A stretch of 64,000 bases of DNA, taken from Bacteroidaceae bacterium. GTDB lineage: Bacteria; Bacteroidota; Bacteroidia; Bacteroidales; Bacteroidaceae. Shown here piece by piece: positions 30,401 through 40,214 of the stretch. A program made the translations under genes and the position numbers. Every line of letters starts with the position of its first letter. Positions within the stretch are counted from its first letter, which is position 1. Below the pieces are notes generated by a model, which saw only the letters and a list, made by a program, of their open reading frames with translations, ran no database searches and was not told the origin of the DNA. Location of the stretch: contig JABUUE010000001.1 of NCBI GenBank assembly GCA_021443335.1, positions 31,785 through 95,784 on the forward strand, given 5' to 3'.

Positions 30401-30790
30401 GACATTCTGAATAGTGTCGTTGGAACGGATTGACACCTGCTGTGAAAGGAAGTTAGGAGCCTGTACATAGAGAGATGTAGCAAAATCCGGCACTTTGATG
30501 GTGAATTTACCTTCCTTATTGGTCATTGACGCATAACGGTCATCGTTTAAGGTTTGTAGTCGCGCACCAGAAACAGGCTTATTTGTGGCCTGGTCTATAA
30601 CATATCCGTGAACCTTGATAATGTTGTTTTTCTCGACCGCAGGCTTGCGCTTTGGGGCTCTGATTGACAACAGCTCTTCCTCGTCGTAATCGTCCTGTGC
30701 GAAGGCCGCAGAGCAACACGACAGGCAGATGGCGCAGAGAAAAACTCGACAGAAACCGCTCTGCAAGAAGTTTAATATATTAGTAGTCAT
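27443..30790 (-). CDS. SusC/RagA TonB-dependent transporter
   Basis: IRGINS, LKNATALYGARGANGVILI, KWETT, IEDGSYLRLK. Confidence 0.95.
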   Translation of the reverse strand: MTTNILNFLQSGFCRVFLCAICLSCCSAAFAQDDYDEEELLSIRAPKRKPAVEKNNIIKVHGYVIDQATNKPVSGARLQTLNDDRYASMTNKEGKFTIKVPDFATSLYVQAPNFLSQQVSIRSNDTIQNVKIVLVSDAFAKMYENRTDYTAKSGFTSNGKGITIDEEISSKLGADVHALMHSGSLEQGASMYIRGINSINASSQPMVIVDGVELDMQRDRGSLHQGDIFNMLSTISPEDIDKVTILKNATALYGARGANGVILIQTKRGHSMATRIDAKITVGFTTIPSTPSLMNANQFRSYATEMLGTMPEVQLAQKSATTMMDFKFLNDNPKSYSYMTYHNDTDWKKYMYRNAFTHNYSINVQGGDDIGMYNLSVAYIQTLKNVKNTTFDRVNVRFNTDINLLHNLTTKFDISFSKINSNLLDDGIAPDLSAAPITSPTFLAFVKSPLLSPYQYNHNIKDFTSLLCEADELFNSVGEKYSLSNPLALLENSTGDRKNRNENTFFNVAIEPSFKFNSHLKLTSHFSYYINRSSQAYYRPNIGMSPFYIEGLGTVYSKVASIFNKETNLISNTHLDWENKYGAHNIALTGGFRYNYYSYDGSDLKTEYQTRGTDDKNPQLSVGTTYYSSINGVDDVWKNMQWYANADYSYKNRYFATLSVLAEANSRFGKNASNALKAVGVKWAIFPSVQLGWVMSNENWFPKSTALNYLRINAGFDMSGNDGISNYATATTFSTVRFNYTQIGVQLTNVGNDQVKWETTTKWNIGLQANFLTNRLGLNFNYYIHNTNNLLTLKSFDNPIGGINNYWINSGSLRNVGFEAGINGKPVATRDWHMELGVTVGHYKNEVCSLPEGSFTTSVYGEDNILTSVGNPVAMFYGYKTHDKVFSTTQEAANAGKSHVNKNGVETNNLYYVDETGAKVDFEAGDVWFVDQNGDGCIDKADKVIIGNPNPDFYGNIFATLAWKRLKLSAGFNYSLGNDVYNYQRAVLNSGATLYNQQVAEIGRWRYEGQVTDLPRACYGDPKGNNRFSDRWIEDGSYLRLKTITLSYNIPIPESWESWLQGISVWGEARNVFTLTRYKGSDPEFSISNNHFFQGIDCGNIAQGRQFVIGININL

Positions 30791-30793
30791 AGG

Positions 30794-32593
30794 TTAGAAT
30801 TTCAAGGATTTTACATAATCGTACACGTCATCAGGCACGAGGAAGACGCCAGCAACACGAAGTTCCTGCTCAAACTTTCTGCGGTTTGCCGTTGAAGTGA
30901 AACTTTTGGTCAGCGACATAAAAAGTGTAGGATAAGCTTGTAAGCCAAAATAGCAAATCGGGAATGTGAATTCCAACTCCACAACATGGAATTTGCCATC
31001 GTTAACCACAAGTATGTCGTCAGACACTTTTTTTGCGTCTGGGGTGTTTAAACGATTATACTTTTGTGTGCCGTCAGCGTCTGTATAACTCATATCGAAA
31101 CGGAGATACAGGTTCTTTATCTCATTGGAAGCGTCAGAAACAGGACGCTCCGGCTCTTTTACCTGTGACGGAACAAGCACCACGAAAATATGATATTTTG
31201 TTGAAAGCACATTCTGCAGAGCAAAGTCTAACTCTGGTTTTGAAGATGCTATCTGAAGGTTTATGCTGTCGGTTGAGATATAATTGAAAAAGCCTGAGTT
31301 TTTGTCAAATATCCAAGTTTTCACGTAGTCGGGCAAATCTTTGATTTTGTCCCAATGTTCCTTGACGAAAGTGTCTTTTACATAAGTATTTACTGTATAT
31401 GGTACTCCGGTCTTAAGTCCGAGCATTCTGACTGGTTCAATATTGTTATGAACTGTTTCGTATGTTTCCCAGGGCTTGAAACATAATGAACTTAGTGTTC
31501 GGGTATAACCATTACTCATTGGTTGCAGTTCACCGCAGTAACTTAGTATCTCGCTTACATTCGATAGTTTTGTCCTGTTTGTAGAAAAGAGTGAGTCTGT
31601 GTCAGAGCTTGCGCCGTCTATAAGCTGCTTGTTCTGGATATAACTATTTGAGAACGAAAGGTTGCGCATAATCTGTGACTTCGGGAGTGAGTCACAATAT
31701 AAATCAGCATCTATCTGCACAGGATTCAATGACTTGGCAGTTGTTGCCGTTAGCGACGCTGCTGGTGTGTTGTTTGTGGTAACATCCATGTAGTTTACTG
31801 GCGAGATGTATTTATACAAAGGCTTTATTCTGTCTTTTGCCTCTTGCCAAGCGTCGTTTGTAGGGAAAAGCACGGTATAAGAGCTGTCTTCATCCTGAAT
31901 GTCGGCTTTCATGATAGAAGCGATAAGTGTGTTTTGCTTTGCCAAGACAGTGTCAAGGTAGGTCTGCTGGCCTTTAACCATCGGACCTTCAATGGATTTT
32001 TTCTTGTCAATATAAGTCTCGTCATATTGATGTACATGCATAACCAAAGAATCGCATCCTTTCACTTCATCCATATATTGGTATATGTTTGGGTGATACT
32101 CCGAAGCACCGCTGATGGTGTGGATTAAACCATTTGTAGAAGGGATGTTGGCATCCTTAATCTGAAGATTGTCGAAGAGTACGCCTTTAAGATTCGTGAA
32201 AGAGTGATGCTTGTCGTTAAGCGAGATGATTGTCTCGTCAACGATTCCTGAAACAGGGTGTGAGAACTGCGCAAGATGCATGTTGATAAATCTGTCAACA
32301 ATCTTTACACTATCCAAAGCAAGAATCTTTGAAGCGTCATAAGTTCCATCAAGCGGAGCCCACAACGTGTAACATTGTGACGCATTGAGATTTTCCGCGT
32401 ATTTGGCTTTATTAATTATTGAAACGAAGTCCTTAAGGTTTGCGTTCTCTTGAATATTAGCCAACAAAGTCTTGTCGGCTTTCGGATTACTTGTATCAGT
32501 AGGTACAGAGTTGTAATCGTTAAAGTCGGAGCAAGAGGTAAAGGCAAGCGCTAAACCTGCTGCAAAAACCACCTTCTTTGTTATATATCTCAT
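30794..32593 (-). CDS. Fasciclin-domain surface lipoprotein (putative glycan-binding)
   Basis: FTSC lipobox; FAS1 motifs YTLWAP, NGLIHTI, YTVLFPTNDAW. Confidence 0.8.
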   Translation of the reverse strand: MRYITKKVVFAAGLALAFTSCSDFNDYNSVPTDTSNPKADKTLLANIQENANLKDFVSIINKAKYAENLNASQCYTLWAPLDGTYDASKILALDSVKIVDRFINMHLAQFSHPVSGIVDETIISLNDKHHSFTNLKGVLFDNLQIKDANIPSTNGLIHTISGASEYHPNIYQYMDEVKGCDSLVMHVHQYDETYIDKKKSIEGPMVKGQQTYLDTVLAKQNTLIASIMKADIQDEDSSYTVLFPTNDAWQEAKDRIKPLYKYISPVNYMDVTTNNTPAASLTATTAKSLNPVQIDADLYCDSLPKSQIMRNLSFSNSYIQNKQLIDGASSDTDSLFSTNRTKLSNVSEILSYCGELQPMSNGYTRTLSSLCFKPWETYETVHNNIEPVRMLGLKTGVPYTVNTYVKDTFVKEHWDKIKDLPDYVKTWIFDKNSGFFNYISTDSINLQIASSKPELDFALQNVLSTKYHIFVVLVPSQVKEPERPVSDASNEIKNLYLRFDMSYTDADGTQKYNRLNTPDAKKVSDDILVVNDGKFHVVELEFTFPICYFGLQAYPTLFMSLTKSFTSTANRRKFEQELRVAGVFLVPDDVYDYVKSLKF

Positions 32594-32614
32594 AATAATC
32601 CTATTAATTCTATT

Positions 32615-34840
32615 TTAATACCAGTCTTCAGACATTGTCTGATTGTTTGAGATTGTCACCGGACACAGTTCAATGAAGTCGAATGACCAACCGAGATTAG
32701 CGTCGTTGACAAGGTTCTTGATACGCAACCAATAGTCTTTGCTCTGCTCAAAACGCTGTGTGCAGATGATGTAGCGTAGCATCATCGTTCCGTAACCCCA
32801 TTCCGAGCGGCAACTTGTAGAGCCAGTGATGTTCTTTGCAGCAGAATAAGGGTCGCTTGGATCATAGACAAGTTTGTCTGTGATAGTATTGTACGTTCCA
32901 CGAGAGAAAGATGCAGGAGCGCGCATATACCCACGAACCTTCATTACTTGGTCAGAAGCAAGACCGTAATCAGTGTCTTCAAGTTCCTCTGCTGTAAATA
33001 TCTGTTCGCACCCCATGATGTTACCAGGCTGTGTCGGGTCGGCGCAAGCGTCGAAAGGAATGCCTTGCGCCACCATATCTGCCTGATTACTTGAGTTGCC
33101 GAGATAGAACTGCATCAGACCTCCGCGTCCCATCGGCGGATAAACGATACGCAACTCGTAAGTGCCTGTAGGAACGTGTGGCAACTTAATGGCGAAATCG
33201 TAAGCATCCCAACCTTGGAATTGGTCTGAGTTGTTCGAACGCCAAGCTCCCATCACACAGAAACGGAGCAGAGTACTTGGGTTATAACAATAGATGTTGT
33301 CAAAATAAGTATTGTCAAACGCCACACGGTTACCATCACCACCGCCATTGAGTGTAGAAATCTCAGAAGGAGAGGCAAAGCGAATACCGTTGTTTATCAG
33401 CTCGTAGAGGAAAGTGGATGAGTCAAGACGCATGCGCTCATTCTGTGCCTCCTTTGCGTTTTGGTCGTAAATTAGAATGCTCTTTATACGATGGATATAG
33501 CCGTTGAGAGTTTCAATACTCTTCACCGTACCATCAGCATTAGTGGAGCGGTCAATCTCTACACCAGGGAAAATTATCGGGTGAGTTGCGTCACTACCGA
33601 AAGTTCCAATCTCATCAGTCAGCGTGTTGTTCTTGCGATAACGGTTGATGAGAAGCGTGCGGCGTGAAGCGGTTGTGTTTGTTGAGTTTAGTTCCCAAAC
33701 CTTCATCAGAGTGTTAGGGAGCAAAGTCTCAAAATATTCCTGCGGGTCATAGCCGAAGCAGATGTTCCAGTTGGCCTGAGACTTGGCGTTCTTCTCATAG
33801 ACAATCTTGTCAACAGCCATACCAGCACGGAGAATATGGTAAGCTACAAACATGTGAACAACATTAAACTCGTTTGTATAGTCGTCACCAGTGCTTATGC
33901 TTATGCCTTTTTCAGCAACATAGTCGTACCAAGAGGCGCAATTGCCATACCACTGTGCGCACTTTGCTTTCAGGTCAGCAAAGCTATTAATGCCGGCAGC
34001 CTTGAACACATCATCTGTTTCAGCAAATATTGTCCACTTTATTAGACATTCCTCTGGACAATAAATCTTAATACCGTCACGGTCTGTCGGACCTGTCTGT
34101 GCATAAGTGTATGTTGTGTCTTTCTTCTCCTGTTGGAGCATCTTGTCAAGCCCCGTGAGTTGTAACGCTTCGTGGAAAATCTTGAAGTTGCCATCAACTC
34201 CCATCTGGTCATCAATTGTACGGTCAGAGCGTGGAATGACACCAGAACAAATATGAAGAATTCCATTAGATGCCTCAATGTCGCCTTGTGTTATTGCCAC
34301 ACGACCATTAAGTGAAGTCATACCAGCATATTTTCCCGAGTCAAAGGTGTTGGCTGTGATGCTACGGCCTGTGATGAGAGTGCTGCAAGTTGTTGCTCCA
34401 TCAACATTTATCTGCTGGAATACATCGCCTGAGAGATGATATTTTGATATGTCCTCACAAAGAGAGTCCGACATCAGCGCAACCTTATCCAACACGCTCA
34501 ACGAAGTGAAGTTTGGAGTTTCCTTTATTCCATTGTGAGGAAAACGCTTGTTTTCGTCGTTATAAAGCGAGTCAAGATATTGCGACACACCATCATTGAT
34601 AGGTGCGAAACAAGTGTATTCCAAATAGGTGGAAATCTTTTTGTCGTAACTGCACTTTGCCAAGATAGCGTTGAAAGCGCTCAACTCTTCATGCTGACAC
34701 AAAATCTCCTCAATAGTCAACTGGTCTGCATTGAATATTTGTGAAGTGTCTGGCTCCTCATAGCACGACGAGAAAGTTGTCACGACAAAGCCCATGACCA
34801 AGGCTTTAAAGCCTATATTCTTAAAAATCTTACTGTTCAT
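32615..34840 (-). CDS. Fasciclin-domain surface lipoprotein
   Basis: FSSC lipobox; YTCFAPINDG, NGILHI, TIFAETD, NGYIHRI. Confidence 0.8.
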   Translation of the reverse strand: MNSKIFKNIGFKALVMGFVVTTFSSCYEEPDTSQIFNADQLTIEEILCQHEELSAFNAILAKCSYDKKISTYLEYTCFAPINDGVSQYLDSLYNDENKRFPHNGIKETPNFTSLSVLDKVALMSDSLCEDISKYHLSGDVFQQINVDGATTCSTLITGRSITANTFDSGKYAGMTSLNGRVAITQGDIEASNGILHICSGVIPRSDRTIDDQMGVDGNFKIFHEALQLTGLDKMLQQEKKDTTYTYAQTGPTDRDGIKIYCPEECLIKWTIFAETDDVFKAAGINSFADLKAKCAQWYGNCASWYDYVAEKGISISTGDDYTNEFNVVHMFVAYHILRAGMAVDKIVYEKNAKSQANWNICFGYDPQEYFETLLPNTLMKVWELNSTNTTASRRTLLINRYRKNNTLTDEIGTFGSDATHPIIFPGVEIDRSTNADGTVKSIETLNGYIHRIKSILIYDQNAKEAQNERMRLDSSTFLYELINNGIRFASPSEISTLNGGGDGNRVAFDNTYFDNIYCYNPSTLLRFCVMGAWRSNNSDQFQGWDAYDFAIKLPHVPTGTYELRIVYPPMGRGGLMQFYLGNSSNQADMVAQGIPFDACADPTQPGNIMGCEQIFTAEELEDTDYGLASDQVMKVRGYMRAPASFSRGTYNTITDKLVYDPSDPYSAAKNITGSTSCRSEWGYGTMMLRYIICTQRFEQSKDYWLRIKNLVNDANLGWSFDFIELCPVTISNNQTMSEDWY

Positions 34841-34847
34841 TGTCTTG

Positions 34848-36605
34848 TTACTTACTTGATGGGAAAGCTGGATTCTGTACGAGCGCCGTATTTATCTTCA
34901 CTTCTTCATCATTTATTGGCATGTAAAGATAAGGTTCTGTAGGCATTTTTGCCTTCATTGCCGATACGGCAGTGTATTTTGAAAGAGCTATTTCATAGAA
35001 CGCATCTGAATTTGCGGGGAATGATGATATCTCCGACATTAGTTTCGTGTAGTCAGTGCCATCAATGTGGCGATAATTGTAACGCATAAGGTCAAACCAT
35101 CGCTTGCCCTCGAAACATAATTCACGCGCACGCTCCATAAGAACAAGTTGCTCCATCTTGTCTTGATAAGTGCTGTATTTCAAAGCGCCAGAGACATTTG
35201 TAAGCGCGCGGTCATTGACAAATTTCACAAGGTCGAACGCTTGCTCTGGCTGCTGCAGTTGCACAAGCGCTTCCGCCTTCATCAGCATAATGTCAGTCAG
35301 ACGATAGATAATCCAATTCTGTGTGAAGTCGCGGCGGTCAATGTTGAAAGTTGATGCTGTCGCTTCCGGTGACTTTTGTTTTGCTACAAATTTGCGGATA
35401 GCGTGTTGCTCCGTGCCTGCGTTCGCGCCAAAGCAGAAGTCAAAGATTCGCTGGTCAACAAGGTTCTTGAAGATGTTGGCGGTACTACCACTTGCGCTGT
35501 AATCGCCGTAGATGTTTGTTGTCTTCACATAGCCGAAGCCTGAAGTGAAGGAACTGTAGCCGTAATACATGTTAGACAACGCCGTGTTTGTAACATTATT
35601 CTCCTTGTACTGAATCTCAAAAATACTTTCCTCGGCGTTCTGACCGTTTTCTCCCCAAATATCATTATAATAATTGGTGTAGTCCGAGAGATAAAAATCC
35701 TTCTCCGTCTTGTCTTTTTCGTAAGGTTTAAACGTGTGGGCTTTCTTTTTCTCAGCAAAAATCTTATCGCAGTATTCTACACACTTTTGGTAATCTTCCG
35801 CACTTTTGTTTACAGAAGCACGCCAAAGATAGATGTCCGCAAGCAAAGCGTGTATTCCATCCTTGTTAAAATAACCGCGGTCGCGTGCATCGCCATAAGC
35901 ATTATTCAAAGGCGCGCCATCCACAACAGATTCAAGGTCGTCAATGCACATTTGCAGCACTTTTGCCGGAGCTGTCTGCGGAATTTGCAGGTCGTCACTG
36001 CTGTTAAGATAGGCGTGCGGTGTTACAGGAACATCGCGGAATACCCTCACAAGGTAGAAGTAGCACAGAGCTTTCAGTGCTGTTACTTGAGCCTTGTTAG
36101 CCTCCCAGTCTCCAATCGTGTAGTCAGGGTCTATCTTCATGACACCTTCACCTCTTTCAAGCACAAGGTTACAGTAGTTTATGCAAGAATAAAGCGGATA
36201 CCACTGTGTGAATATATTTGTTGGTGTAAGATTCATCGAATATATTTCCGACAGACCAGTGGTAATAGTATTTATCGACTTGAAGTCAGAGGAAACCATC
36301 AGTTCGTCGGAACGGAAATCGCTCCACACAATGATGTTGCGCTGAAATGAAGGCGATGTTGCGGCTGTTCCTCCGTCACGCAGCTGGGCATAAGCGGCAG
36401 CAACAACGGATTCTACTTGGCTCTTCTTCTGCCAGAAGTCCTCGTCAAGGGTCTTGTTTTCTGGCAGTATCACCGTGTCAACACATGATGACAGCGCGAT
36501 GCTTGCAAGGATTATTGAGAAAACTCTCGCCCCCCCTCTAACTCCTCCTGCGAGAGGAAGAACTGAAAGGATAGTTTTGAGGGCGGATTTATATTTATTG
36601 TTCAT
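34848..36605 (-). CDS. SusD/RagB family lipoprotein
   Basis: LSSC lipobox, YSCINYCN, ESIFEI, YRLTDIMLMKAEA, ERARELCFEGKRWFDL. Confidence 0.93.
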   Translation of the reverse strand: MNNKYKSALKTILSVLPLAGGVRGGARVFSIILASIALSSCVDTVILPENKTLDEDFWQKKSQVESVVAAAYAQLRDGGTAATSPSFQRNIIVWSDFRSDELMVSSDFKSINTITTGLSEIYSMNLTPTNIFTQWYPLYSCINYCNLVLERGEGVMKIDPDYTIGDWEANKAQVTALKALCYFYLVRVFRDVPVTPHAYLNSSDDLQIPQTAPAKVLQMCIDDLESVVDGAPLNNAYGDARDRGYFNKDGIHALLADIYLWRASVNKSAEDYQKCVEYCDKIFAEKKKAHTFKPYEKDKTEKDFYLSDYTNYYNDIWGENGQNAEESIFEIQYKENNVTNTALSNMYYGYSSFTSGFGYVKTTNIYGDYSASGSTANIFKNLVDQRIFDFCFGANAGTEQHAIRKFVAKQKSPEATASTFNIDRRDFTQNWIIYRLTDIMLMKAEALVQLQQPEQAFDLVKFVNDRALTNVSGALKYSTYQDKMEQLVLMERARELCFEGKRWFDLMRYNYRHIDGTDYTKLMSEISSFPANSDAFYEIALSKYTAVSAMKAKMPTEPYLYMPINDEEVKINTALVQNPAFPSSK

Positions 36606-36669
36606 TATATAATGATTATTGATTACAAAAAGGTAACATTACTGTTCTATGCAGAAACTATAACTTCAT

Positions 36670-39600
36670 TTAGAATCCAACACTTATACTTGCCGTAACG
36701 GAGCGGTCAACAGGTGTTCCGTTGGAGTCAACAGCAGGCGAATAAGTGCCAGGTGACTTCTCTGGGTCAAGTCCTGAATACTTTGTAAACGTGAACAATC
36801 TGTTCATCGTAATGTAAGCAGAGAGTTGTGTGAGTCCCCATTTCTTGTACAAAGTCTTTGGGAAAGTATAAGAAATCTGAATGTTTTGCAGACGAAGGTA
36901 AGAGCCGTCTTCCACATAGCGTGATGACATCTGGTAGTTGTAGCCTGCATTCCAAAGGGCGCGCGGCATCACTGTTTCATCTCCGTCCTTACGCCAACGG
37001 TAAGTAACTGTTGATATCTGGTTTTCAGTGCCGTACATGCTTTCAAGTCCCATTCGCGCGGCATTGATTATGTCAACACCATAACGATAAGTGAAGCGAG
37101 AGACAAGTTTCCAGTTTCCTAATTGGATTGTGAGTCCGAAACCACCTTGCAGCTTTGGACGTGAGTTTCCGAGATACTGCAAGTCAAGCTCGTTTATTGT
37201 ACCATCATGGTTAACATCCTCATAAATAGCGTCACCACCCTGGAAGTTATACTGAGTAGCTCCATACCAATAAGTCAGTCGCTGCGGACTATTTCCGTTC
37301 ATGACAACCTTTCCGTTACCGTCAACAACAACAGGGAAAGTCTTGCCTTCTGCCAACTGCTGGTTAATCCAGTTCTCGTAAGCGGCTGCATTCCAGTTCT
37401 TGTCCTGCTGCTTCATCTTCGTGTTATAGTTCTGAAGATAGTCATAGGTGTATTGGAAAACACCCTTGTATTTGTAGCCATAGATGGAGTTCAGAGGCTG
37501 ACCTACAGCAACATGAGTGTAAATCGTTCCTGTTCCGCGCTGGTCGTAAGTCGGCACACTGTTGATGGCTTCAAGCACGCGGCTGTCCATTTCGAGCAGT
37601 CTGTTGTTGTCCTGACCGAAGTTGAAGGTTGCAGAGACATTAAACTTCTTGTATTTGATGAACTTGTTTGCCTTGATGGAAAGTTCCCAACCCTTGTTCC
37701 TCATCGAGCCGACATTGCCAAAAGCCAGTTTTGTTGTCGTGTTCCATGTCGAGGTTGTCGGGATAGGAATATCCTTCATTACCATGTCCTTAGTGTTGTT
37801 CTGGTAAAGGTCGAGGTCTATCTCAATCATGTCGTCAAGGAAGCCGAGGTTAACGCCGGCGTTGAAACCAATCTTCTTCTGCGGACGAAGGTCATCTAAC
37901 TTAAGGCCACTCATTGTCGTAATGGCATAAACGCCATACATTGTCGAGCTGGTGGTATATTGGTTGAAGTAGTTGCTCAAAGAGGCGCTCTGGCTACCAT
38001 TGATACCCCACGAACCGCGTAATCCCAACATTGAGACCACTTTTCTCAAAGGCTTGAAGAAAGGCTCCTCACTGATGTTGTAACGAACTGAAACAGATGG
38101 AGAGTAGAACCAAGGATTCTTTGGACCGTATTTTGAAGAGCCGTCAGCACGCAGCGAGAAACCGATGTTATAGCGTGACTTGTACGACATGTGGAGGTTG
38201 TAAATCCAGTTATGGTCGGCGCTTCGTGTAGAAGAAGGCTGATTACTCATGGAAATAGGATTTGCTCCGACAGTAGATGACTGAATGCCGTTAGGCACCT
38301 GGTTCTGCTCAATAAACTGGTAAGTGTATTTTGCTGTGTTACACTCGTAGCGCGCAAGCATTGTCATGAAGAAATCCTCGTTCTTGAAATGCGGAGTATA
38401 GACAAGTTCCGCACGCGCACCAAGCTTGAAAGTGTTAGTCTCAGTATTTGTTGTGTAGTTGTTATAGGTGTCAGAATAGTAGCCATTGTTCAGGCTTGCC
38501 GGCATGAATGTAGGCTTAGAGTTGGCGTAGATGTCAAAATATACGCGACCTTTGAATGTCAGTCGGTGCTGGTCAGCGCGAGTTCCAAGCAGTTCATATT
38601 TAAGCTCAAAGTCAGGCAGGATGTTGTATGTTGTCTCTTTCTGCCAAGACCTGTTAGCGTAAGCTACAGGGTTTCCTATGCCTACAACAGATGCGAGTTG
38701 ATAAGATGTGTAATCGCTGTCAGTGCCAGACTCTATCGTTCCCGAAGTTCTGTTCATCAGGAAATATTCATCAGTGTAGCTGCCATCCATATTACGGCGG
38801 TAGATGCTGGCGTTAGGTGCCTGTGCAAAAGCCATAGCAAGAATGCTGTTGTTCGTGTTCTTGTTGTTCTTGCTACTGCCTATGGTATAGTTCTTGAGAT
38901 TATCCGTGTAGGTCAGTGCAAAGTTTGTGGAGAAACGAATACGGTCAGACACGTTATAATCAAGCACAAGTCGTGTTGTGAAACGGTTTAAGACCTGCTT
39001 GATGATAGTACCTGTCTGATGGTTGTAGCCGGCTGAAATGCGGAACTGCGCCTTCTGTCCACCACCAGTGATGTTTATTGTACCCTCGTGTTTGTTTGAG
39101 AACTGCTTGACAGCCTTCACCCAGTCGGTGTTGTTGTTCCAGTTCCAGTAGTTGCTCCATGAAGGGTCGTAGTTTATTTCCTTTATATTAGCTGTAGCGT
39201 CAGCGCTCTGCGTTCTATTGTAGATGGCTTCTTTAAGCATCATGGTGTAGTTGTCACCATTAAGCATATCGTAACCTGTTGGCATCCACGCGCCCGTGTA
39301 TTTATAAGAGAATGTCACCTTCGGCTTACCTCTGTTACCGCGCTTCGTTGTAATCTGGATAACACCGTCAGCACCCTTGTTTCCCCAGATGGCTGTTGCG
39401 GCAGCATCTTTGAGAACTGTGATTGAGGCTATATCCTCCACGTTGATTGATAGCAGAGATGAGAAAGCCTCGTTGTCGGCATTGTCAAGGTCGATGTCGT
39501 CAGAGTTGTAGTCAAATATTTTCTCATCGACAACAATCAGCGGATTGCCCATACTACCACGCAGTTTCATCGAAGAACCGGAACCGAGGTTACCTGAGTT

Positions 39601-40143
39601 TGACACGATGTCAAGACCGGCAATCTCGCCTTGCAGAGCTTCAGAAGCGTCAGTGAACGCCATACCTTCCACTGCGGAGAGGTTGAATGTCTGCTGCGAG
39701 CGCGTCATTTCTTTCTGGTCAATGTTCAAGCCTCCTGAGTTGCCACGCTTGTTCACCACAACAACTTCCGACAGAGCCGTGTTCTCTGGTTCCAACTTGA
39801 TGTCGAACGTTGTCTGGTCACCAATCTTCACAGTCTTCGTCTTGCAGCCTACATACGAAATAACTAATTTGTTCTTCTTGTTCTTAATCTTCATTGAGAA
39901 GTTACCCATCATGTCTGTCTGTGTTGCCGACACGATACGGTTGTTGCCGTCTCTTTCGGTAACATTACACATGATGACAGGTCCCATATCATCGTTGATG
40001 ACACCTGATATGACTACCCCCTGCGCCATCATCACCTGGGAAAAGAGACATAGTAAGAAGGATAGAGTCCCCCGTCTAACTCCTCCCATGAATGGAAGGA
40101 ATGAAAAGATAGCTTGTATGGAGGATTTATGTTTGTTATTCAT
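36670..40143 (-). CDS. SusC/RagA TonB-dependent transporter
   Basis: LSEVVV, VLKDAAATAIWG, VEDGSYLRL, terminal F. Confidence 0.95.
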   Translation of the reverse strand: MNNKHKSSIQAIFSFLPFMGGVRRGTLSFLLCLFSQVMMAQGVVISGVINDDMGPVIMCNVTERDGNNRIVSATQTDMMGNFSMKIKNKKNKLVISYVGCKTKTVKIGDQTTFDIKLEPENTALSEVVVVNKRGNSGGLNIDQKEMTRSQQTFNLSAVEGMAFTDASEALQGEIAGLDIVSNSGNLGSGSSMKLRGSMGNPLIVVDEKIFDYNSDDIDLDNADNEAFSSLLSINVEDIASITVLKDAAATAIWGNKGADGVIQITTKRGNRGKPKVTFSYKYTGAWMPTGYDMLNGDNYTMMLKEAIYNRTQSADATANIKEINYDPSWSNYWNWNNNTDWVKAVKQFSNKHEGTINITGGGQKAQFRISAGYNHQTGTIIKQVLNRFTTRLVLDYNVSDRIRFSTNFALTYTDNLKNYTIGSSKNNKNTNNSILAMAFAQAPNASIYRRNMDGSYTDEYFLMNRTSGTIESGTDSDYTSYQLASVVGIGNPVAYANRSWQKETTYNILPDFELKYELLGTRADQHRLTFKGRVYFDIYANSKPTFMPASLNNGYYSDTYNNYTTNTETNTFKLGARAELVYTPHFKNEDFFMTMLARYECNTAKYTYQFIEQNQVPNGIQSSTVGANPISMSNQPSSTRSADHNWIYNLHMSYKSRYNIGFSLRADGSSKYGPKNPWFYSPSVSVRYNISEEPFFKPLRKVVSMLGLRGSWGINGSQSASLSNYFNQYTTSSTMYGVYAITTMSGLKLDDLRPQKKIGFNAGVNLGFLDDMIEIDLDLYQNNTKDMVMKDIPIPTTSTWNTTTKLAFGNVGSMRNKGWELSIKANKFIKYKKFNVSATFNFGQDNNRLLEMDSRVLEAINSVPTYDQRGTGTIYTHVAVGQPLNSIYGYKYKGVFQYTYDYLQNYNTKMKQQDKNWNAAAYENWINQQLAEGKTFPVVVDGNGKVVMNGNSPQRLTYWYGATQYNFQGGDAIYEDVNHDGTINELDLQYLGNSRPKLQGGFGLTIQLGNWKLVSRFTYRYGVDIINAARMGLESMYGTENQISTVTYRWRKDGDETVMPRALWNAGYNYQMSSRYVEDGSYLRLQNIQISYTFPKTLYKKWGLTQLSAYITMNRLFTFTKYSGLDPEKSPGTYSPAVDSNGTPVDRSVTASISVGF

Positions 40144-40180
40144 TATGTATGATTATTATTTAATAAGGTGACTATTCAAT

Positions 40181-40211
40181 CCTCCCCCTTGCTGGAGGAG
40201 TTAGAGGGAGG
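40181..40211 (+). repeat. REP-like hairpin
   Basis: cctcccccttgctggaggagttagagggagg, intergenic between the fasciclin gene and susC. Confidence 0.65.
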
Positions 40212-40214
40212 TAT

